From Acidobacteriota bacterium (GTDB taxonomy: Bacteria > Acidobacteriota > Vicinamibacteria > Vicinamibacterales > UBA8438): a stretch of DNA of 64,000 bases. The notes beneath the pieces are model-generated. The model did no database searches. It worked only from the letters and a program-made list of their open reading frames with translations, and was not told the origin of the DNA. Within the stretch, counting starts at the first letter, position 1, and every line of letters begins with the position of its first letter. The translations under genes were made by a program, and so were the position numbers. The DNA lies in the NCBI GenBank assembly GCA_011523845.1, contig WTFV01000150.1:32521-96520 (forward strand), read 5' to 3'. Below, one piece after another: positions 53,603-62,188 of the stretch.

Positions 53603-53797
53603 GATCGGAACTCCGCGGGCATGATTCGGGCCAACGAGCCTTCGGCCGGCCGGCGCCGCCCCGGCCCGTTTGACGGAAGGGAAGCGTTCAACCTATCCTG
53701 AGCGTTTGCGGACCGGCGCGTTGAGCCTAGCACAGGAGTCGGTTCGGTCATACGGATCCGCACGGATCGCACATCGACGGAGGGGGTGAGATCGCAC

Positions 53798-53995
53798 GTG
53801 GCAGAGGTTCGAGTGCAGGAAAACGAATCGATCGAGAGCGCCCTCCGCCGCTTCAAGCGGAAGGTCCAGCAGGAAGACATCATCAAGGACATCAAGAAGC
53901 ACTCCTTCTACCTGAAGCCGGGCGACAAGCGGCGCGCGAAGCAGGCGCTCGCGCGGAAACGCTCGCGGAAGAAGATGCGGCGGGACGCGGACTGA
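53798..53995 (+). CDS. rpsU: 30S ribosomal protein S21
   Basis: GTG after GGAGGGGG: (M)AEVRVQENESIESALRRFKRKVQQEDIIKDIKKHSFYLKPGDKRR. Confidence 0.9.
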   Translation: MAEVRVQENESIESALRRFKRKVQQEDIIKDIKKHSFYLKPGDKRRAKQALARKRSRKKMRRDAD

Positions 53996-54154
53996 CGGCG
54001 CCGCAGCCGTCCGACGCCGGGTCGTTGACAGTGGCCAGGGCGCGTGGTAGCGTTGCGGGTCTTTTCGCGGGGTAGAGGCCTTCCCGGCGGCATCCGCCTC
54101 TGCGAGGCGAGTCGTCCCGGACGTCGGAGGCTTGGAGGCGGAGGAACAGCAGCG

Positions 54155-54493
54155 ATGCAGATAGAAGAGCGTCAGGCCGGTAGCGTCATGATTCTGGATT
54201 TGGCGGGCAGGCTGACGATCGGGGAAGGCGACGAGCTTCTGAAGGACAAGATCAACAGCGTTCTGCACCAGGGTCACAGGAACCTGCTGCTGAACCTGGC
54301 GGATGTGCCGTACGTCGACAGTGCCGGTCTCGGTCAGATGGTCAGCACGCTGCACAGCGTCAACCGCCAGGGGGGCAAGCTGAAGCTGCTCAACCTGACC
54401 AAGCGCATCGAGGATCTGCTCTCCATCACCAAGCTGCTGACCGTTTTCGACGCCTTCGACAACGAGCAGGAGGCGCTCGACAGCTTTTCCTGA
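54155..54493 (+). CDS. STAS-domain anti-sigma-factor antagonist
   Basis: MQIEERQAGSVMILDLAGRLTIGEGDELL...NLADVPYVDSAGLGQMV (phosphorylatable Ser context)...KLLTVFDAF. Confidence 0.85.
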   Translation: MQIEERQAGSVMILDLAGRLTIGEGDELLKDKINSVLHQGHRNLLLNLADVPYVDSAGLGQMVSTLHSVNRQGGKLKLLNLTKRIEDLLSITKLLTVFDAFDNEQEALDSFS

Positions 54494-54722
54494 TCGGCGA
54501 GTGCCTGCCGAGACCCGCAAGCTTCACCCTTGCCACGCCGTGGCGGCCCGTTTCTGCGCCACGGCGTTCGATTCACCCGGTAGATTCGTACGTTCTTCGC
54601 TTCTGTCGGAACGTCATGCGACGCGGGGCGCCTCGGCCGGCGCGCCTCCGGAGCCGCTTCCGCCAGGGGTACTCGCGCACGACGATTGATGGAGAGACGG
54701 GCGGACGAGTCGCGCCGCCGGC

Positions 54723-55613
54723 GTGATTGAGGGACAGATGGCCGAGTTCAACATCCGATCCGACGCGGTGGATGTCGAGCAGATCATGGAACAGCTCCGC
54801 GCGCGCCTGCAGGAGAAGCGGGGCGTGGACTATACCGAGGACCAGATCCGTGAGCTCGCGAACGTGAAGCTGGACCGTTTTCTGGACCCGAAGAACGTCC
54901 GTTCGGACCTCCTGGAGCACTTCCGGCGGCAGAACGAGCGGTCGTATGCAGCCGCCGACGAATCCATGGGCGTTCCCGCGTTCGAGCCCGAGGACGTGTA
55001 CCGATCGTCGCGCGGGGGCATCGGCCGCGTCCTGCACGCGCTGCGACGCCTGCTCCGGCCGATTCTGAAGCTGTTCATCAATCCGGGCCCGCTGCTGGAA
55101 TCCGTCCGGAACCTCTCCACGCATGCGAGATTGAACGAAGCGAGGAACCGGAGGCGCGCTGAGCTCGACGTGCTCATGTACGAGGTCCTGAACAACCTCG
55201 TCGTCGAAATGACCCGGCTGGCGATCGACATGAAGAACCACAGGATGCGCGTCGAATCGGTCGCCGCGCGCCTCGACTTCGACGAACGCCGGGGCCGGGC
55301 GCTCGAGCAGATCGTGCAGTTCCGGACGAACGCCGCGCCGAGCGAGAGCGGGCCGGCCGGCGACGTAGCGCCCCCGCACGACAGCAACGGAGAGAGCGGC
55401 GGCACGGACAAACGCCGGCGGCGACGACGGCGAGGCCGGCGACGTACGGGAAGCAATGCCGCTCCGGCCGCCGAGGCGTCGGCGGAAGCGGCAGGCGCGC
55501 GGGAAGAAGCCGGCGCCTCCACGCCGCAGAACGCCGGGAACGAGCCGGCTGAGAGCGCGGGACCCGGTTCCGAAGCGGGAGCCGAACCGTCCGGCGACAC
55601 TTCCGAACCGTGA
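54723..55613 (+). CDS. Hypothetical protein with C-terminal poly-Arg tract and acidic/Ala-rich tail, coupled to the glycosyltransferase cluster
   Basis: 296-aa ORF. Structured N-terminal 200 aa, then DKRRRRRRRGRRR. The stop overlaps the GTG of the next gene (GTGA). An alternative start is MAEFNI at 54738. Confidence 0.6.
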   Translation: MIEGQMAEFNIRSDAVDVEQIMEQLRARLQEKRGVDYTEDQIRELANVKLDRFLDPKNVRSDLLEHFRRQNERSYAAADESMGVPAFEPEDVYRSSRGGIGRVLHALRRLLRPILKLFINPGPLLESVRNLSTHARLNEARNRRRAELDVLMYEVLNNLVVEMTRLAIDMKNHRMRVESVAARLDFDERRGRALEQIVQFRTNAAPSESGPAGDVAPPHDSNGESGGTDKRRRRRRRGRRRTGSNAAPAAEASAEAAGAREEAGASTPQNAGNEPAESAGPGSEAGAEPSGDTSEP

Positions 55614-56965
55614 AGCTGGCGGTCGTCGTGCAGCGCTACGGCGCCGAGATCAACGGCGGGGCCGAGTTGCACGCGCGCTACGTCGCGGAGCGGCTGTCCC
55701 GGCACGTCGAGGTCGAGGTGCTGACGACCTGCGCCCGGGACTACATCACCTGGCGCAACGAGCTCGAGCCCGGCATCGACGCCGTCAACGGCGTTCCGGT
55801 CCGCCGGTTTCCCGTGCGCCGGGAACGCGATCCCGACGACTTCGGCCGCTGGTCCCGGCGCGTCTTCGCCAACCGGCATTCCATCCTGGACGAGCTGAAG
55901 TGGATGGATTCCGAGGGCCCGAGGAGCCCGGCGCTGGTGACCCATCTGCGCCGGGCCGCGGCGACCTACGACTTCATCCTGTACTTCAGCTACCGGTACT
56001 ACCACGCCTATCACGGGGTCCGTGCGACCCGCTCGCAGGCGGTGCTCGTCCCGACCGCCGAACGCGATCCGGCGCTCGGACTCGCGATCTCCGCGCGGAC
56101 GTTCCGGGGCGCACGCGCCCTGATGTACAACTCGCACGAAGAGCGGGCCCTCATCCACGCGGTCGCGCGCAATCAGCACGTCCCGGGCGTGGTCGTGGGC
56201 GTCGGTTCCGAGATCCGCGGCGGTGCGAGCCAGGCACGGTTCCGGGCGCGGACCGGCATCGACGACCCCTTCGTCCTCTACGTGGGCAGAATCGACGAGA
56301 ACAAGGGCTGCGTCGAGCTGTTCGACTACTTCACGCGCTACGCGGCCGAGGTCTCGCGGCGGATGCGGCTGGTGCTCGTGGGGACGCCGGTCATCGAGAT
56401 TCCGGCGCACCCGCGGATTCGCCATCTCGGATTCGTGACCGAGGAGGAGAAGTACGACGCCATCGCGGCCGCCGACACGCTCGTGATGCCGTCGTACTAC
56501 GAGAGCCTGTCGATGGTGACGCTCGAAGCGTGGGCCATGCGGATTCCGGTTCTCGTCAACGGCCGGTGCGACGTCCTGCGGGGACAGGTCATCCGCGCCA
56601 ACGCGGGCCTGTACTACGAGTCGTACGAGGAGTTCGCCGAGGCGCTCAGGCTCATCGAGACGGAACGCGGACTGCGCCGCGCCCTGGGAGCGAACGGGCG
56701 CCGGTACTTCAACCGGCACTACGCCTGGAGCGTCGTGGAAGGCAAGTACCTGGCGATGCTCGAGCACCTCGAGCGGGCGAACCGGGACGGCCCCCGCCCG
56801 CGGGTCGAACCCGAGCCGGGCTGGCTGGCGCGGCGCCGGCGCGTGCAGCCGCCGGCGCGGGACATCGTCGACCGTCTCCCCGTCGGGCCCGCGGCGAAGA
56901 CCTGGGAGACCGGCGAATTCGACACCACCGGGAGCGCCGTCTCCGGCGCGGCGGATACGCGATGA
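55610..56965 (+). CDS. Glycosyltransferase (GT-B, GT4-like), type A
   Basis: MKLAVVVQRYGAEINGGAELHARYVAERLSRHVEVEVLTTCARDYITW... and YYESLSMVTLEAW (E-x7-E-like). Confidence 0.85.
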   Translation: MKLAVVVQRYGAEINGGAELHARYVAERLSRHVEVEVLTTCARDYITWRNELEPGIDAVNGVPVRRFPVRRERDPDDFGRWSRRVFANRHSILDELKWMDSEGPRSPALVTHLRRAAATYDFILYFSYRYYHAYHGVRATRSQAVLVPTAERDPALGLAISARTFRGARALMYNSHEERALIHAVARNQHVPGVVVGVGSEIRGGASQARFRARTGIDDPFVLYVGRIDENKGCVELFDYFTRYAAEVSRRMRLVLVGTPVIEIPAHPRIRHLGFVTEEEKYDAIAAADTLVMPSYYESLSMVTLEAWAMRIPVLVNGRCDVLRGQVIRANAGLYYESYEEFAEALRLIETERGLRRALGANGRRYFNRHYAWSVVEGKYLAMLEHLERANRDGPRPRVEPEPGWLARRRRVQPPARDIVDRLPVGPAAKTWETGEFDTTGSAVSGAADTR

Positions 56966-58212
56966 GCGCGCGGGACATCGCCGTTCATCAGGTCCTGGCG
57001 ACGCTGGGCTACGGCGACGCCATCGGCAACGAAGCGCTCGGGATCCGGCGGGTTCTCCTCGACGCGGGTTACGAATCGCGCATCTACGTCGAGACCGTGG
57101 ACCCACGGCTGGAAGACGAAACGGAAGACTACCGGGACCTGATCGACGACAGCCGTCCGGACAACATCCTGATCCATCATTTCTCGCTCGGATCGCGTGC
57201 ATCGCGCGTCGCCTTCGCGTTGCCGGACCGGATGATCCTGGTCTACCACAACATCACGCCGGTCCGTTTCCTGCTGGACGTTCGCTCGCCGGTCGTCGCA
57301 CAGTGCTACACCGGCCGGCGGGAGCTCGGCGCCTACGCACCACGCTGCGACCTGGCGCTGGGCGATTCGGCCTTCAACCGGTCCGAGCTCGACGCGCTCG
57401 GGTTCCCCCGCACCGGCGTCCTGCCGGTCGTGCCGGACTTCGCGCACCTGGACGTCACGCCGCACCCGTGGCTCGCCCGGCAGTTCGACGACGAGGCGAC
57501 GAACATCCTGTTCGTCGGCCGCCTCATCCCGAACAAGCGCATCGAGGATCTCATCCGGTTCTTCCACGCCTACCGCCGCCGCTACAACCGTGCGTCGCGC
57601 CTGCTGCTCGTCGGCGCGCACGATCTGTTCGACGACTACCGCGCCGCGCTCGCCGATCTCGTCCGGCGCCTCGGCATCCCGGACGTGCACCTGATCGGCC
57701 ACGTCTCGAACGAGGAGCTGACGGCGCTGTACGACGTCGCCGACCTGTTCCTCTCCGCAAGCGAGCACGAGGGATTCTGCGTCCCGCTGGTCGAGGCCTT
57801 CCACAAGCGGATTCCGGTGATCGCCTTCGCGGCGGCGGCGGTGCCCGCCACGATGGACGGCGGGGGCGTGCTCTACGAGCGGAAGGATCCCCGTCACGTG
57901 GCCTCCCTGATCAACGCCGTGCTGACCGATGCCGCGCTCGAGGAAGAGATCCTCGCCGCCCAGGACGCGGCGCTCGCCCGCCTGCGGGCACGGGACTTCG
58001 CCGGTACGCTGCTCGCGTTCGTCGACCGGGTTCGCACCGCGCACCGGCTGCCGCCGTGCCGGGTCGCCTCGGACTTCTGGCGGCAGCTCGAACGCCTCGA
58101 GCGCCTCGAGGCGCTCCGGAGCTTCAGACCGTCGGCGTTCGGGGCGCTGTCCGAGCCGGCGGAAGACCTCCCCGAGCCGCTGCACGGGGCGCCGCCGGAG
58201 GCGACGGCATGA
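56962..58212 (+). CDS. Glycosyltransferase (GT-B, GT4-like), type B
   Basis: ATGA overlap with the upstream gene. ILFVGRLIPNKRIEDLI... and SEHEGFCVPLVEAF. Confidence 0.85.
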   Translation: MSARDIAVHQVLATLGYGDAIGNEALGIRRVLLDAGYESRIYVETVDPRLEDETEDYRDLIDDSRPDNILIHHFSLGSRASRVAFALPDRMILVYHNITPVRFLLDVRSPVVAQCYTGRRELGAYAPRCDLALGDSAFNRSELDALGFPRTGVLPVVPDFAHLDVTPHPWLARQFDDEATNILFVGRLIPNKRIEDLIRFFHAYRRRYNRASRLLLVGAHDLFDDYRAALADLVRRLGIPDVHLIGHVSNEELTALYDVADLFLSASEHEGFCVPLVEAFHKRIPVIAFAAAAVPATMDGGGVLYERKDPRHVASLINAVLTDAALEEEILAAQDAALARLRARDFAGTLLAFVDRVRTAHRLPPCRVASDFWRQLERLERLEALRSFRPSAFGALSEPAEDLPEPLHGAPPEATA

Positions 58213-58225
58213 CGGAGACGTCGTC

Positions 58226-59293
58226 TTGACGATCAATCAGTGGCTGCCGGCGGCGCATCAGGGCGACGCGGTGGGAGACAGCGCCCGGCGCGTCCGCGAC
58301 CTGCTGCGCGACAAGGGCCACGAGGCGGACATCTTCGCCCTGTCGATAGACGCGGGGCTGGCGGACGAGATCCGGCCGTTCCGGGATCCGGCCGCGCGCG
58401 CGGGCGACGTCACGATCCTGCACTTCGCCGTCCCTTCTCCGATGACCGAGGCGCTGGCCTCCCTGCACGGGCGGCGCGTGCTGCAGTACCACAACGTCAC
58501 CCCGGCGCACTTCTTCGCTTCGTACGACAGCGGCGTCTTCCGCATCGCGGCCCTGGGCCGGCGGGAGTTGACGACGCTGGTCGGGCGCGTCGACCTGGCC
58601 CTCGGCGATTCCGAGTACAACCGCCGGGAGCTCGAGGCGCTGGGCTTCCCCGACACCGGGGTGATGCCGATTCTGGTGAACACCGAGCGGCTCGCGAAAT
58701 GCGCGCGCCAGCCGGTCCTCGAACGCACGCTCGACGACGGCCCGGCCAACATCCTGTTCGTCGGCCGCGTCGTCCCCAACAAGAGGCTCGAAGACCATAT
58801 CCGGCTGGCGGAGCACTACAAGCGCTACGTGGACACCGACTATCGGTTCATCTTCGTCGGCCGGACGAACGCCGTGCCCCGCTACTACGCGACGCTGCAG
58901 GCCCTCATCGCCCGCTACGAGATGCCGCGCGAGCGGTTTCTGTTCACCGGATCGGTCCCCGACGCCGAGCTGGCCGCGTACTACCGGATGGCGAGCGCCT
59001 ACGTCTCGCTCAGCGAGCACGAGGGCTTTTGCGTTCCGCTCGTCGAAGCGATGGCCGCCGACCTGCCGGTGCTCGCGTACGGCGCGGCGGCGGTGCCGGA
59101 AACGCTGGGAGGGGCGGGGATCTGCTTCACGCCGAAGGACCTGGAGTACGCGGCGGAGACGCTCGGACTCCTGGTGTACGATGACGAGTTGAGATCGTCG
59201 GTCATCGCCGGCCAGAGGCGGCGGCTGGCCGACTTCAGCACGGCGCGCGCCGCGCGGGCGCTCGACGCCCTGATCGAGTCACTGACCGCGTGA
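58226..59293 (+). CDS. Glycosyltransferase (GT-B, GT4-like), type B paralogue
   Basis: Parallels the preceding gene (ILFVGRVVPNKRLEDHI, SEHEGFCVPLVEAM). Only a TTG start (58226) fits after GGAG, so the start is uncertain. Confidence 0.8.
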   Translation: MTINQWLPAAHQGDAVGDSARRVRDLLRDKGHEADIFALSIDAGLADEIRPFRDPAARAGDVTILHFAVPSPMTEALASLHGRRVLQYHNVTPAHFFASYDSGVFRIAALGRRELTTLVGRVDLALGDSEYNRRELEALGFPDTGVMPILVNTERLAKCARQPVLERTLDDGPANILFVGRVVPNKRLEDHIRLAEHYKRYVDTDYRFIFVGRTNAVPRYYATLQALIARYEMPRERFLFTGSVPDAELAAYYRMASAYVSLSEHEGFCVPLVEAMAADLPVLAYGAAAVPETLGGAGICFTPKDLEYAAETLGLLVYDDELRSSVIAGQRRRLADFSTARAARALDALIESLTA

Positions 59294-60597
59294 AGATAGC
59301 CCTCATCGTCCAACGCTACGGCACCGAGATCATCGGGGGTTCCGAGTACCACTGCCGGCTCGTGGCGGAACGGCTCGCCACGCGCCACGACGTCGAGGTC
59401 CTGACGACGTGCGCTCAGGACTACATCACCTGGGCGAACGAGTACGCGGAGGGCTCCGACCGCGTCCGCGGCGTGACGGTGCGCCGATTCGCCAGCGAGC
59501 GGACGCGAGACATCGGCAGCTTCAACGAATACTCCGACTGGATCTTCGGGAACGCCCACACCGCCGACGACGAGCTGGAATGGCTGAAGCGGCAGGGGCC
59601 GTGGTGTCCCGCGCTGATCGAGCACCTCGAGCGGCGCCACACCACCTACGATGCCCTGATCTTCTTCACCTATCTCTACGCACCGACCGTGCTCGGCCTG
59701 CGGGTCGATCCCCGACGGAGCATCCTGGTGCCGACTGCGCACGACGAGCCGGCGATTCGGCTGGCGATCTACCGCGAGGTCTTCAGCGCACCGGCCGGCC
59801 TGGCATACAACACCGGCGTGGAGCGGGCGTTCCTGAAGGCGCGATTCCGAGTGACCGCCGCGGCGGAAGAAACGATCGGCTGCGGCGTCGATCTTCCCGC
59901 GCGGTTCACGACCACCGGCGAGCCGCATCCCGACGAGTTCCCCGAGCCCGAAGACGATTCCCTGCGCGCGAACGCCGCCGCGTTTCGCCGCCGGCATCGG
60001 CTCTACGAACCGTTCCTGCTGTACGGCGGGCGCATCGATCCGGGCAAGGGGTGCGAGGAGCTCATCGAGCACTTCAGCGCCTACGCCGCCGAGCGGGGCG
60101 ACGCCGTTCTGGCATTGATGGGAGTCAAGCTGATGCGGATTCCGGACGAGCCGTTCATCCGGTTCGCCGGACTGCTGCCGGAAGCCGAGCGTCTGGAAGC
60201 GCTGCAGGCGGCGACCGCGGTCGTCGTGCCGTCGCCCTACGAGAGCCTCTCGTTGCTGGCGCTCGAGGCGTTCGCAGTCGGGACCCCGGTGCTCGCCAAC
60301 GCGCGCAGCGAAGTCGTGCGGGAGCACTGTCAACGCAGCAACGCCGGGCTCTACTACGCCGACCGCGACGAGTTCGTCGAGTGCCTCAAGCTGCTGATCG
60401 GCAACGCGGATCTGCGCCGGGCGCTGGGCCGCAACGGTCAGGCCTACGTCAGGGCGAACTACGAGTGGGACGTCATTCTGCGCAAGTACGATCAGCTCAT
60501 CGGGGGGGTGAACGCGGCGCGCCCCGGGCGCGGACGCGCTTCCAGAAAAGCGCGAGGCGCCGGCCGCGACCGGGCACGAGGGGCACGGAAGCGCTAG
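59290..60597 (+). CDS. Glycosyltransferase (GT-B, GT4-like), type A paralogue
   Basis: GTGA overlap. MKIALIVQRYGTEIIGGSEYHCRLVAERLATRHDVEVLTTCAQDYITW parallels 55610..56965. Confidence 0.85.
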   Translation: MKIALIVQRYGTEIIGGSEYHCRLVAERLATRHDVEVLTTCAQDYITWANEYAEGSDRVRGVTVRRFASERTRDIGSFNEYSDWIFGNAHTADDELEWLKRQGPWCPALIEHLERRHTTYDALIFFTYLYAPTVLGLRVDPRRSILVPTAHDEPAIRLAIYREVFSAPAGLAYNTGVERAFLKARFRVTAAAEETIGCGVDLPARFTTTGEPHPDEFPEPEDDSLRANAAAFRRRHRLYEPFLLYGGRIDPGKGCEELIEHFSAYAAERGDAVLALMGVKLMRIPDEPFIRFAGLLPEAERLEALQAATAVVVPSPYESLSLLALEAFAVGTPVLANARSEVVREHCQRSNAGLYYADRDEFVECLKLLIGNADLRRALGRNGQAYVRANYEWDVILRKYDQLIGGVNAARPGRGRASRKARGAGRDRARGARKR

Positions 60598-60630
60598 GAG
60601 TCTGCGCCGCAGAACGCAGCGAAGCGAAGT
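60596..60630. repeat. REP-like intergenic element, copy 4
   Basis: AGGAGTCTGCGCCGCAGAACGCAGCGAAGCGAAGT lies between convergent genes. It matches the reverse complement of 8654-8688. Confidence 0.75.
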
Positions 60631-60657
60631 GCCGGCGCAGGGTCATGGCAGCCCCCG

Positions 60658-62172
60658 TCAGTCGACGCGGCTCAACCCCTTGTCGAACTCCGCGACCAGA
60701 CCCGAGACGAACGGCGCCGACGCCCCCGGATCGGTGCGCGCCGCGGCGCCGGCCCGGCGCCGCGTGGAGGCGCCCGCGCCGGCGCGAGAACCCCGCGGCC
60801 GGATCCCGTGCCGCTTGATCATCTCGTTGAGGGTCGTCGGCTTCACGTGCAGCAACTCGGCGGCGCGCTTCTGCACGCCGCCGGCCACCTCGAGCGCGCG
60901 GACAATCAGCCGCACCTCCATGTTGTCGATGATCTTCCGGAAGGGAATCCCGTCGGCCGGCATGTCGAAATGGGGCAACTGGAACGACGGGGACGCCCGG
61001 ACGACGTCGGGGATCAATTCGGGCCCGATCCGCCGCTTGACCGTCAGCACGGCCGCCCGCTCGATCACGTTCTCGAGCTCCCGCACGTTGCCGGGCCAGT
61101 GGTAGGCGTCGAGGAGTTGCATCGCCTCCGGCGTCAACTCCAGATCGGGCTTGTTGTTCTCCTTGCCGTACTTCGTGAGGAAGCTCCGCGCCAGCAGCGG
61201 CACGTCCTCCCGGCGGTCGCGCAGGGGGGGCAGATCGATCGCGATCACGTGCAGTCGATAGTACAGGTCCTCGCGGAACGACCCCTCTTCGACCATCTGC
61301 GCCAGATCCACGTTGGTGGCCGCGATGATCCGGACGTCCACCTTGATGGTGTCCACCCCCCCCAGACGTCTGAACTCCCGCTCCTGGATCACGCGCAACA
61401 GCTTAGCCTGGGTCTCGAGGGGAACCGTCCCGATCTCGTCGAAGAAGATGCTCCCGTGATCGGCCATCTCGAAGAGTCCCTTCTTGGACGTGACCGCGCC
61501 GGTGAAGGCGCCCTTCAAGTGGCCGAAGAGGTTCGATTCCAGCAGATCCGGAGGCAGGCTGCCCGAGTTGACGGTGACGAACGGCCGGCCGGCTCGCGGC
61601 GAGTTGGCGTGCACGGCGCGCGCCACGAGCTCCTTCCCGGTCCCGCTCTCGCCGGAGACGAGAATCGTCGCGCGGCTCGGCGCCGCCCGCGCGATGATCT
61701 CGAACACGCTCCGAATGCGCGGACTGCGGCCGATGATGTCGCCGAAGCGGCTCGCCTGCGCGCGAAGGTTCTGGCGCAGGACGCGGTTCTCGCTCGCCAG
61801 CCGCTGCTGGGCTACCGCATTGCGCACGACGAGCAGGACGTCGTCGTTCTTGAACGGCTTCTCGATGAAGTCGAAAGCGCCGCGCTTGAACGCCTCGCGC
61901 GTGTTCCTCGAAGTGCCGAAGGCCGTGACCATGATCACGGGCGGGGCATCGTCCTGCCGTCTGATCTCGTCGAGCGCTGCGAGCCCGTCCATGCCCGGCA
62001 TCATCACGTCGAGCAGCACGGCGTCGAAGGCGTCCGCTCGTGCGAGCTCGATGCCTTTCAGGCCCGAGGCCGCGAGCCGTACGCGACACCCCTGGCGCTC
62101 CAGCAGGGACTGGAGGATCTCCCGCATGATCGCTTCGTCATCGACGACCAGGAGCGACGCCCCTTCCAGCAT
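60658..62172 (-). CDS. Sigma-54-dependent response regulator (NtrC family: REC + AAA+ + Fis-type HTH)
   Basis: LLVVDDE...DVMMPGMDG, GESGTGKELVARAVH, GAFTGA, ESNLFGH; C-terminal AAELLHVKPTTLNEMIKRHG. Confidence 0.93.
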   Translation of the reverse strand: MLEGASLLVVDDEAIMREILQSLLERQGCRVRLAASGLKGIELARADAFDAVLLDVMMPGMDGLAALDEIRRQDDAPPVIMVTAFGTSRNTREAFKRGAFDFIEKPFKNDDVLLVVRNAVAQQRLASENRVLRQNLRAQASRFGDIIGRSPRIRSVFEIIARAAPSRATILVSGESGTGKELVARAVHANSPRAGRPFVTVNSGSLPPDLLESNLFGHLKGAFTGAVTSKKGLFEMADHGSIFFDEIGTVPLETQAKLLRVIQEREFRRLGGVDTIKVDVRIIAATNVDLAQMVEEGSFREDLYYRLHVIAIDLPPLRDRREDVPLLARSFLTKYGKENNKPDLELTPEAMQLLDAYHWPGNVRELENVIERAAVLTVKRRIGPELIPDVVRASPSFQLPHFDMPADGIPFRKIIDNMEVRLIVRALEVAGGVQKRAAELLHVKPTTLNEMIKRHGIRPRGSRAGAGASTRRRAGAAARTDPGASAPFVSGLVAEFDKGLSRVD

Positions 62173-62188
62173 TTGTCTCGCCTCGCGA

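Noticed and set aside
54830-57202. 790-aa minus-strand ORF
   Set aside because: It is antisense to the poly-Arg protein gene and two glycosyltransferase genes. No motifs are present.
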